From contig NC_010085.1 of assembly GCF_000018465.1 (NCBI RefSeq), positions 630,001 through 662,000 on the forward strand: 32,000 nt of DNA, written 5' to 3'. Below, one piece after another: positions 1-7,461 of this stretch; positions within the stretch are counted from its first letter, which is position 1; every line of letters begins with the position of its first letter. The notes beneath the pieces are model-generated. The model was not told the DNA's origin. It saw nothing but the letters and a program-made list of their open reading frames with translations, and searched no databases. The DNA comes from Nitrosopumilus maritimus SCM1. Lineage in GTDB: Archaea; Thermoproteota; Nitrososphaeria; Nitrososphaerales; Nitrosopumilaceae. The translations under genes and the position numbers were made by a program.

Positions 1-36
1 TATCTGTAATATATGCATGTTATAGAAAAAAGAGAT

Positions 37-174
37 TTAGTGGCTGTGTCCACAACCGCAGGAGTCATGTCCATGACTACCTTGTGATTCCTTTCCGTCA
101 CATCTAGAGCATTTGTCTGAACCTGTTGCAGAGAAAAATCCTATGCCACAAGAGACACATTTTTGATTTGCCAT
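37..174 (-). CDS. small Cys/His-rich putative metal-binding protein (45 aa), zinc-ribbon-like
   Basis: Hand translation of the minus strand, below the ORF-track cutoff. ATG at 174-172 and TAA at 39-37 give MANQKCVSCGIGFFSATGSDKCSRCDGKESQGSHGHDSCGCGHSH. It has CxxC...CxxC plus an HGHDSCGCGHSH tail. The region is locally GC-richer than its flanks. It lies on the same strand directly downstream of 214..555. Confidence 0.45.
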   Translation of the reverse strand: MANQKCVSCGIGFFSATGSDKCSRCDGKESQGSHGHDSCGCGHSH

Positions 175-213
175 GGGTTTAATGAAAAATTACTGTATTT
201 ATTGAATACTGAT

Positions 214-555
214 TTATCCGCTTGGTCTGGCGCTTCCTACTTCGCCTTTCTTTTGGAATTTTCTGTATTCACCTATTACTCCACTACATTTTTCACAGAC
301 ATATTGCCCTCTTTCAATTAAGATCAAATTGTCTGCAACTTCTTCATTAGGACTTTCTTCTAACTGAATTTTTGGTGGATTATCAAATTCTGTTTCACAA
401 TTATTACAATAGTGTTTGAGCATTTTTTCAGTTTCAATTTTTCCAATTGGAGCCAAAAATAATTTTCCAACACCTAGATCTGCTTTTTTAGCTTGCTCAT
501 CAGTAAGGTCTGCAATAACATATCCTCCAGAACCTTGAACTTTTAATTCTGCCAT
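214..555 (-). CDS. hypothetical zinc-ribbon protein (two CxxC pairs)
   Basis: 113-aa ORF with an ATG start. CNNC...CEKC pairs are spaced as in a zinc ribbon. A TATA-like attttaataa lies about 25-30 nt upstream on the minus strand. Confidence 0.7.
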   Translation of the reverse strand: MAELKVQGSGGYVIADLTDEQAKKADLGVGKLFLAPIGKIETEKMLKHYCNNCETEFDNPPKIQLEESPNEEVADNLILIERGQYVCEKCSGVIGEYRKFQKKGEVGSARPSG

Positions 556-619
556 TTCACATTGTTCTTTTTTTAGTTATTAAAATACTATTTGTGATAA
601 AATGATGATTGTTGATAAC

Positions 620-721
620 AACGAGACACACGGAAAGCGTATTTTTTTCCTAGGACGTTGACCTAACATGAAACGCTTTCCATACCATCACTCTACGACG
701 CAGAACAACGGTTTTCTCGTT
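620..721. ncRNA. candidate structured RNA or inverted-repeat element (three nested helices), family unknown
   Basis: Nested inverted repeats: AACGAGA 620-626 with TCTCGTT 715-721, GGAAAGCGT 632-640 with ACGCTTTCC 673-681, and TAGG 651-654 with CCTA 662-665. About 45% GC against a background near 33%. Intergenic between two minus-strand genes. Strand and function are unresolved. Confidence 0.25.
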
Positions 722-789
722 ATATAATATACGTCAAAATGATATTTAACAATGATCATGATTATCACCTGATGCCAACCTTGTATTCA

Positions 790-978
790 TCATGAATTGA
801 TGAACACTTTGGAATTTGATACAGTTATCATTTCTGCCATTGCAATTGGAATTTTTTCTTTTTTTGCAACATCTGCCAATTCGTTTTGGTGTTCTTCTCT
901 CAAATGTTTTAGAAATTCTTCTTCTTCGATGTTGTTCTGTTTGAAATTACATTCTGGAAATACACAGTTGAAATTCAA
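790..978 (-). CDS. small C2H2-type zinc-finger protein
   Basis: 62 aa. CVFPEC-x14-HLREEH fits a Cx4C...Hx4H pattern. The only possible start is TTG at 978-976, because a stop lies two codons upstream in frame. This TTG overlaps the TGA of the upstream micro-ORF as TTGA. Confidence 0.6.
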   Translation of the reverse strand: MNFNCVFPECNFKQNNIEEEEFLKHLREEHQNELADVAKKEKIPIAMAEMITVSNSKVFINS

Positions 979-1106
979 TTTTTACTCTCTAACTCTTTGA
1001 TTTTAGCCTCAAGTTCTTGAATTTTTTTTCGTAATTCTATATTTTCATCTCGAAGTGAATCTATCTCTCTTTGGTGTATTTCACTAAGATCCATAATTTT
1101 TCTCAT
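975..1106 (-). CDS. small coiled-coil protein (43 aa)
   Basis: Hand translation: ATG 1106-1104, TGA 977-975, MRKIMDLSEIHQREIDSLRDENIELRKKIQELEAKIKELESKN. Heptad-like charged/Leu pattern. Its stop overlaps the TTG start of 790..978. Confidence 0.4.
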   Translation of the reverse strand: MRKIMDLSEIHQREIDSLRDENIELRKKIQELEAKIKELESKN

Positions 1107-1180
1107 CTGTCTGTAAACTTAAGCGTAATGTTTGCTTTCTCAAACCATAGGTTCTTATCTAAAATTTCTCAGCAAAATTC

Positions 1181-2062
1181 ATGGATAAAATTAAGCAAAA
1201 TTCTCCTGTTCTGTTCTACTTTAATCATTCAAAAAAATGGCTCGTTAAAATATCAAAAAAAGACTCCCTTCATACACATATTGGAGTTATCAAACACTCT
1301 GATGCTATTGGAAAAGAATATGGTTCTAGATTAATCACAAACAAGGACAAGTATGTCTATCTTCTCAAACCAACAATGTATGACTATGTAATGAAAATCC
1401 AACATGGAACTCAGATAGTCTATCCAAAAGATATTGGTTACATTATTGCAAGAGCTGGAATAGAGAGCGGTCAAAAAATTTTAGAAATCGGAACAGGTAG
1501 TGGCTCACTTACATCTTGTGTTGCAAGTATTGTAAAACCACGTGGACATGTCTACACATTTGATGTTGATGAAAATTTCATGAAGATTGCAGAGAAAAAT
1601 ATCGAAAAAGCTGGAGTTTCAAAATATGTAACACAACACAATCAAGATTTGAAAACTGCAAAGAAGATGCCTCTCAAAGACATGGATGTTGCACTAATTG
1701 ATCTTGGTGATCCATGGATAGTGATTCCTCAAGTTCGAGAGATGCTAAAGGGCAGCGGTTCTATTTTTGCAATCTGCCCTACAATGAACCAATTGGAGAA
1801 ATTGACTATGACTCTAGTTGAAAATGAATTCACTGATATTGAATCAACTGAACATATTTTGAGAACCATCGAAGCCCGTGAAGGAAAAACAAGACATTCA
1901 TTTCAAGGCATAGGTCATACAACCTATCTCTGCTTTGCAAGAAAGGCATTTTTTGGCAGAGATGCAAAGAAATCTTCTTCAAAAACTAGCAAGCCTACTT
2001 CTAAAACAAGCAAAAAGACTGTCAAAAAAGCCGCCAAGAAAACAAGCAAGAAAACATCCTAA
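1181..2062 (+). CDS. trmI: tRNA (adenine-N1)-methyltransferase, TrmI/Gcd14 family, with Lys/Ser/Thr-rich C-terminal tail
   Basis: 293 aa. SAM-binding motif ILEIGTGSGSLT preceded by IVYPKDIGYII, typical of TrmI/Gcd14. The C-terminus is KKSSSKTSKPTSKTSKKTVKKAAKKTSKKTS. Confidence 0.85.
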   Translation: MDKIKQNSPVLFYFNHSKKWLVKISKKDSLHTHIGVIKHSDAIGKEYGSRLITNKDKYVYLLKPTMYDYVMKIQHGTQIVYPKDIGYIIARAGIESGQKILEIGTGSGSLTSCVASIVKPRGHVYTFDVDENFMKIAEKNIEKAGVSKYVTQHNQDLKTAKKMPLKDMDVALIDLGDPWIVIPQVREMLKGSGSIFAICPTMNQLEKLTMTLVENEFTDIESTEHILRTIEAREGKTRHSFQGIGHTTYLCFARKAFFGRDAKKSSSKTSKPTSKTSKKTVKKAAKKTSKKTS

Positions 2063-2106
2063 CTCTCAAAACAAGATTTATTCATCTATTCATTAGAGGT
2101 ATCATA

Positions 2107-2970
2107 TTGGCACGAAAAACACTAACTACTGCACTTGTGAAAAAATTCATTCCATCTAGAAAATCAAAATCCCGCAAAGGTGAGAACGGTATTGTTCTAG
2201 TTGTTGGTGGAAGTTACATTTACCACGGTGCCCCCATACTGTCTTCGATTGCTGCATTACGTTCTGGCACTGATTTAGTTTACACATCTGTTCCAAAAAT
2301 CAATGTTGCATCTACTCGCTCTGTTTCTCCTAATCTGATTGTAATCCCCCTAGTTGATCAAAAATTAACTCGTGGTGCTGTAAACAAACTCTTAGGTGCA
2401 TTGCCACGAAAACTTGATTCTGCAACAATTGGAATGGGTCTTGCAATTCAAGAAAAAAATGCACTTTTGCATCTTGTAAAATCTCTTTTGGATAGAGATG
2501 TACGATTATCCCTTGATGCAAGTGCGCTGATTCCAGAAGTTTTGCCGTTGTTAGCAAACAAGAATGTAGTCGTTACTCCTCATGCTGGTGAATTTAAGAG
2601 ATTATTTGGGCAAGTTCCTTCCAATTCTAAAAATGAGAGAATCAAACTAGTAGAGGAAAAAGCAAAAGAGTTTGGAATTACAGTTTTGCTTAAGGGCTCA
2701 ACTGATATTATCTCTAATGGAAGTACCACCTATCTTTATGAGAAAAAAATTCCTGCAATGACTGTTGGTGGAACTGGTGATGTACTATCTGGATTGGTTG
2801 CAGGGCTTTTATCTAAAAACAGAAAACCATTAGAATCTGCTGCTGCTGCTGCATTCATTAACGGATTAGCAGGAAAAGTAGTTCAAAAGAAATTAGGACT
2901 ACATATGACTTCGATGGACCTCCTACCTGAGATTTCAACTGTCATGAAGCCCTTTGATAAAATAATGTGA
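2107..2970 (+). CDS. nnrD: ADP-dependent NAD(P)H-hydrate dehydratase (YjeF C-terminal/carbohydrate kinase family)
   Basis: 287 aa. Motifs GIVLVVGGSxxYHGAP, TPHAGEFKRL and GGTGDVLSGLVAGLL are characteristic of the family. TTG start. Confidence 0.85.
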   Translation: MARKTLTTALVKKFIPSRKSKSRKGENGIVLVVGGSYIYHGAPILSSIAALRSGTDLVYTSVPKINVASTRSVSPNLIVIPLVDQKLTRGAVNKLLGALPRKLDSATIGMGLAIQEKNALLHLVKSLLDRDVRLSLDASALIPEVLPLLANKNVVVTPHAGEFKRLFGQVPSNSKNERIKLVEEKAKEFGITVLLKGSTDIISNGSTTYLYEKKIPAMTVGGTGDVLSGLVAGLLSKNRKPLESAAAAAFINGLAGKVVQKKLGLHMTSMDLLPEISTVMKPFDKIM

Positions 2971-2974
2971 TATA

Positions 2975-4327
2975 ATGAATCCTCTAAAACATGTTGATGA
3001 TCACATGGAAGATTTGATTTCAGATCTTCAGACATTAATCAGACAGCCTAGTGTTTCTGCAAAAAACGAAGGAATTGAAGAATGTGCAAAACTAGTTCAA
3101 AAATTATTAAAAAAATCTGGTGTAAAATCTGAAATTTTGAGATTGAAAAAAGGAGTTGCTCCTATTGTGTATGGAGAAGTAAAATCAAAACAAAACCCAA
3201 ACAAGACTCTGATGTTTTACAATCATTATGACGTTCAACCTGCAGAACCCTTTGATTTGTGGGATTCTCCACCATTTAGTGGAACTAGAAAGGGAAACAA
3301 AATCTTTGGACGCGGTGCCACTGATGACAAAGGTGAACTAATTACCCGAATCAAAGCAGTTGATGCTTGTCTAAAAGCAACTGGTGATGTTCCATGTAAC
3401 ATAAAATTTGTAATTGAAGGTGAAGAGGAAACTGGTAGTGCGAACATTGAAGACTATCTAAAAAAATACAAAAAGAAATTTTCCTGTGATGGTGTTATCT
3501 GGGAGTTTGGTTATGTTGATGCAAAAAATCGGCCTATCATTGGACTTGGAATGAAAGGATTGCTTTTTGTTGAATTGTCTGTTAAAGAGTCTACTCGAGA
3601 TGCTCACTCTAGTTTAGCAGTATTGATCAAAAACCCTGCTTGGAGATTAATTGAAGCAGTTCATTCTCTACGTGACTCTAATGGAAAAATTCTGATTAAA
3701 GATTGGTACAAAGAGGTAACTCCACTATCAAAACAAGATTTGAAATTGATTCAAAGTGAACCATTTGATGAAAATGATTTCAAAAAAGAATTTGGCATCA
3801 AATCTTTTGTTGGAAACAAAAAAGGACTTGATGCAAAAAAGGCTCTAGTTGGAGGGGCTACTTGTAATATTGCAGGATTTGTGTCTGGCTATACGGGAGA
3901 TGGAGCTAAAACTGTACTTCCCTCAGAATCTCTTGTAAAAATTGATTTTAGATTGGTTCCTAAAATGGACCCAAAAAAACAAGTTATGCGTTTGAAAAGA
4001 CACCTAAAATCAAAAGGATTCTCTGATATTGGCATCAAAGTTTTTCATGGTGAAGCCGCCGCTAGAACAAATTCTTCAAATCCATTTGTTTCTCAAGTAA
4101 AAGATGCAGCTGACAAATCCTTTGGAACATCAATTCTCAATGTTTCTAATGCTGGTACTGGTCCAATGTATCCATTTGTAGAAATTCTAAAAGCCCCCTG
4201 TATTGCAATTGGAAGCACCTACATGTTCTCAAGAATTCACTCTCCAAATGAATTTGCACGTGTTGATTTGCTCAAGAAAATGACAAAATGTGCATGTCTA
4301 ATAATGGATAATTTTGGAAAATCCTAG
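2975..4327 (+). CDS. M20 family metallopeptidase (ArgE/DapE/dipeptidase-like)
   Basis: 450 aa. Contains YNHYDVQP, GRGATDDKG and the EGEEETGS metal-binding/catalytic motifs of peptidase M20. Confidence 0.85.
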   Translation: MNPLKHVDDHMEDLISDLQTLIRQPSVSAKNEGIEECAKLVQKLLKKSGVKSEILRLKKGVAPIVYGEVKSKQNPNKTLMFYNHYDVQPAEPFDLWDSPPFSGTRKGNKIFGRGATDDKGELITRIKAVDACLKATGDVPCNIKFVIEGEEETGSANIEDYLKKYKKKFSCDGVIWEFGYVDAKNRPIIGLGMKGLLFVELSVKESTRDAHSSLAVLIKNPAWRLIEAVHSLRDSNGKILIKDWYKEVTPLSKQDLKLIQSEPFDENDFKKEFGIKSFVGNKKGLDAKKALVGGATCNIAGFVSGYTGDGAKTVLPSESLVKIDFRLVPKMDPKKQVMRLKRHLKSKGFSDIGIKVFHGEAAARTNSSNPFVSQVKDAADKSFGTSILNVSNAGTGPMYPFVEILKAPCIAIGSTYMFSRIHSPNEFARVDLLKKMTKCACLIMDNFGKS

Positions 4328-4740
4328 TGAATACATCTAGGAATTTTTTTAATTGCTTGTGCTAGCGATATTCTTCCTGGCCCTGCAATCATAATTACTA
4401 GAGATGCTGCAAGCAAAATAACATCAAATTCTACTCCTCCATCCCCTGTCATGCTTTGTGCTCCTTTGATGTGAAATATTGCACCTATCATAACAATTGA
4501 AAGCAATGCTCCTGAAAATCTACTGAGAACTCCAATTATTAACAAAATACCTGGTACAACTTCTGCAAGTGCAATTGGAATTTGCATCTCTGGAGGTAAA
4601 CCCATGTTTGGCAAAGCATTTGCAAAGCCTGGATTAAATTTCATCATTCCATGAAGTATGAAAATTACTCCGATTGCAGATCTTAAGCCCATAAAGACTA
4701 CATCGTTGAGGATGCTTCCTTTAATCTCTGCTGTAGTCAT
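4324..4740 (-). CDS. DoxX family membrane protein
   Basis: 138 aa with about 4 TM segments. N-terminal GLRSAIGVIFILHGMMKF is typical of DoxX. Confidence 0.75.
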   Translation of the reverse strand: MTTAEIKGSILNDVVFMGLRSAIGVIFILHGMMKFNPGFANALPNMGLPPEMQIPIALAEVVPGILLIIGVLSRFSGALLSIVMIGAIFHIKGAQSMTGDGGVEFDVILLAASLVIMIAGPGRISLAQAIKKIPRCIH

Positions 4741-4835
4741 GTTGTCATGCGTGTTTTTTTAGTATAATTATTTTGCCCATAGATTATTCGTAGAATGTAG
4801 AAAGCCCTTTATTATGTGGCAAAATTATTTGAAAT

Positions 4836-5432
4836 ATGTCAATGTATATGCCAGGAGCAACTGCTGTTGGAATTACTTTTGACGGTGGCGTAGTTTTTGC
4901 TAGCGAAAAAAGGATCGCATTTGGAAACTTTCTTGTAAGTAAAACCACAAAAAAGACATTTCCTATCACTCCTAAAGTTGGAGCCACATGTGCTGGTCTT
5001 GTAGCTGATATGCAAATTTTATCCCTACAAATTGCAGCCCTTGCTAAAATTAGAAAAATGGAACTCAAAAGAGACGTTCCTCCAAATACTGTTGCCAAAA
5101 TGATGTCAAATATGATGTATGAGCGAAGATATTTCCCATTATTGACTCAGGTAATTGTTGGTGGTGTTGTCGATAAACCAATTATGTATACTTTGGACCC
5201 ATTAGGTTCTGTATTGCCAGATGAATATGCTGCAGTTGGCACTGGTGCTGAAATGGCATTAGGTGTACTTGATCCTCAATTCAAACCAAACATGACTAAA
5301 GATGAGGCAATTGATTTAGCAAAACGTGCAGTACGTGCAGCATCACTTAGAGATTCTGCAAGTGGTGATGGTGTAGATGTTCTTGTCATTACCAAAGACG
5401 GTACTGAAGAATTTACCGAAGAAATCAAATAG
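4836..5432 (+). CDS. psmB: proteasome subunit beta (short propeptide, catalytic Thr after Gly)
   Basis: 198 aa. MSMYMPGA then TAVGITFDGGVVFASEKR matches the archaeal 20S beta N-terminus. TATA-like ctttattat lies about 26 nt upstream. Confidence 0.92.
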   Translation: MSMYMPGATAVGITFDGGVVFASEKRIAFGNFLVSKTTKKTFPITPKVGATCAGLVADMQILSLQIAALAKIRKMELKRDVPPNTVAKMMSNMMYERRYFPLLTQVIVGGVVDKPIMYTLDPLGSVLPDEYAAVGTGAEMALGVLDPQFKPNMTKDEAIDLAKRAVRAASLRDSASGDGVDVLVITKDGTEEFTEEIK

Positions 5433-5441
5433 ATTTTAAAA

Positions 5442-5918
5442 TTAATCGTAAATCGTTTTTCCAGTTTCCCAGAATTTATCTGAAATGTAATGTAGATTTT
5501 TCAAAACTTCGCCCTTGTCCATTTTTTCTACTTCTTCACTTGAAACAACTGATTTTCCTACTGCCAAAAATTTGTGTTGGGATTCTTCAACAATACAAAC
5601 TAGCTTATCTTTTTCAAATTCTGTAAATGATCTAATCCCTGGTCTCATCAAGTTTGCACCTTTGCACATGAATTTGACTGCACCCATGTCTACTGTAACA
5701 CTAGGAAATTTTTCCAGAGTCTCTGTTTCTGATAAAAATGGTAAATAATCATCGTTGATTTTTAGAATCTTGATACCTTTTCCAGTTATGATTTGTGCAT
5801 CATCTAAAATTTGATGTACTTTGAGATTTTTGATTTTGGGAAATTCAATTCCCCATTCTTCTGAAACTGTCTTTAAGAGTGCAGATGTCTCACTCTTTGA
5901 AATTAGATTTGATTTCAA
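5442..5918 (-). CDS. PUA-domain RNA-binding protein (Tma20/MCT-1-like)
   Basis: 158 aa. The C-terminal half has the PUA signature VKFMCKGANLMRPGI. TTG start overlaps the hom stop as TTGA at 5915-5918. Confidence 0.8.
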   Translation of the reverse strand: MKSNLISKSETSALLKTVSEEWGIEFPKIKNLKVHQILDDAQIITGKGIKILKINDDYLPFLSETETLEKFPSVTVDMGAVKFMCKGANLMRPGIRSFTEFEKDKLVCIVEESQHKFLAVGKSVVSSEEVEKMDKGEVLKNLHYISDKFWETGKTIYD

Positions 5919-6925
5919 GTTCTGGCAATCTCTTGTCTAATGTCTAGCAAATCTCTTAGTATGGAACTTGCAGTCTCCATGCCTCCTGCACCACGTCCAA
6001 TAATTGTCTGTGTGCCTGAATGCTCTGATGTAAATGCAATTGCATTAAGTGTACCATTTACACATAATGGATCATCATTTGGAATTTCTTTTGGAGCAAC
6101 TATCAATTCTTTATTGCATGATGCAATCAGTTTTACTGCACAATTGTTTTTCTCTGCTTTTTTGATATCTTCTGTGGTTACTTTGCGAATTCCAGTACAA
6201 TTAATGTCTGGCATTGTAACTTTCATTCCCATAATCCAATTTGCAAGAATCACTAATTTGGCTGCAGCGTCAAGTCCGTCTAAATCTAATGCTTCATCTG
6301 CCTCTACGTAGCCCTTGTCTTGGGCATCTTTTAGTGCATCTTCATATGAAACTCCTGTTGCCATGTTTGTTAGGATATAGTTTGTAGTTCCATTTAGAAT
6401 GCCTGCAAATGATGTGATTCTTTCGCCACTAAGACTGTTTTTTGCATAATCTAGAATTGGTGTTCCCCCACCTACGGTTCCACTAAATTTGAACATGACT
6501 CGATTGTATGTTGCAAGCTCCATTAATGATGGAAATGCTAGTGCCAGAGGTCCTTTGTTTACTGATATTACATGCATTCCTTTTTTCATTGCAGTGATAA
6601 TGTGTGTCATTCCAGGTTCAGCATCTTTGTAGTTGCTTGCAGTAGTTTCAATGAGCACATCTGCCTCTACATTTTTGAGCATGTCAATACCTGACATTGT
6701 ATTTTTTGTATCAGCGTAATTTTTTACAGTTCCAAATTTTTTCTTAACTTCGATGAGTTTGTTTAACTCTAATCCTGAAGAATCCATTGCACTCCCTTTA
6801 CTGTCAAACACTCCCACTACTCTAGGTTTGAGTCCATACTTTGCATACAGGTCTTCTGCTCTGGATTCAAATAATTTTACTAAACTTTGGCCAACAACGC
6901 CAAATCCACATAATATTATTCTCAA
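5915..6925 (-). CDS. hom: homoserine dehydrogenase
   Basis: 336 aa. N-terminal Rossmann motif ILCGFGVVGQ and a central/C-terminal HSDH catalytic domain pattern (GTVGGGxPI, NGTTNYIL). TTG start with the GxGxxG motif at residues 7-12. Confidence 0.9.
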   Translation of the reverse strand: MRIILCGFGVVGQSLVKLFESRAEDLYAKYGLKPRVVGVFDSKGSAMDSSGLELNKLIEVKKKFGTVKNYADTKNTMSGIDMLKNVEADVLIETTASNYKDAEPGMTHIITAMKKGMHVISVNKGPLALAFPSLMELATYNRVMFKFSGTVGGGTPILDYAKNSLSGERITSFAGILNGTTNYILTNMATGVSYEDALKDAQDKGYVEADEALDLDGLDAAAKLVILANWIMGMKVTMPDINCTGIRKVTTEDIKKAEKNNCAVKLIASCNKELIVAPKEIPNDDPLCVNGTLNAIAFTSEHSGTQTIIGRGAGGMETASSILRDLLDIRQEIART

Positions 6926-7017
6926 ATTACGTCATTCCTTTTACTATGATTGTTGCTCATTTTCTTTTTCATTTGATTTTCTTATCATTAAATGTGTTTT
7001 ATTAATAATTTTTGAAA

Positions 7018-7425
7018 TTATTGACTTTCTTCATCTTTTTCATGTTGTAATGAAATTGAATTGATACAATATCTCTGGTTTGTAGGCTTGGGACCATCAT
7101 CAAAAACATGTCCCAAATGTGCTCCACACTTGTTGCAGTTAACTTCGGTTCTTACCATTCCATATGATGTGTCAGATATGTACTCTATCTTGTCTTCTGA
7201 AAGTGGTTCCCAAAAACTTGGCCATCCTGAACCTGAATCAAATTTTGCGTCTGATGAGAATAATTCTTCTCCGCAACAAGTGCATTTGAACTTCCCTTCC
7301 AGTTTTGTATTGTTGTATTTGCCAGAAAATGGCGGTTCGGTTCCATGATTTATGCAAATTTCGTATTGATCCGGTGTTAGTTGATCCTTCCATTCCTCAG
7401 GGGTTTTTCTAATTTTTTCTGACAT
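7018..7425 (-). CDS. msrB: peptide-methionine (R)-S-oxide reductase
   Basis: 135 aa. GTEPPFSGKY, two CxxC pairs, GWPSF and the RTEVxCxxCGAHLGHVFDDGP signature. Confidence 0.93.
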   Translation of the reverse strand: MSEKIRKTPEEWKDQLTPDQYEICINHGTEPPFSGKYNNTKLEGKFKCTCCGEELFSSDAKFDSGSGWPSFWEPLSEDKIEYISDTSYGMVRTEVNCNKCGAHLGHVFDDGPKPTNQRYCINSISLQHEKDEESQ

Positions 7426-7461
7426 GTCTTAATTTACTTTTGAAATTATTTGAATATTCTT

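Noticed and set aside
668-727. 19-codon ORFs inside the 620-721 element (603-662 MMIVDNNETHGKRIFFLGR and 668-727 MKRFPYHHSTTQNNGFLVI) as leader peptides
   Set aside because: There is no support beyond an ATG and a stop. The nested complementarity explains the sequence better than coding does.
601-772. C/D-box sRNA: ATGATGA at 602-608, ATGATCA near 752 and CTGA at 769-772
   Set aside because: No correctly spaced C/D' /C'/D box set can be assembled. No CTGA lies 12 nt after the first box, and the 738-772 candidate is too short for guide regions.
797-1334. Track ORFs 797..1000 (+) and 1071..1334 (+)
   Set aside because: They are antisense to, or overlap, better-supported genes (the C2H2 gene, the 43-aa micro-ORF and the trmI start). 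Their composition is Phe/Ser/Leu-rich, typical of shadow frames in AT-rich DNA, and no motifs are present.
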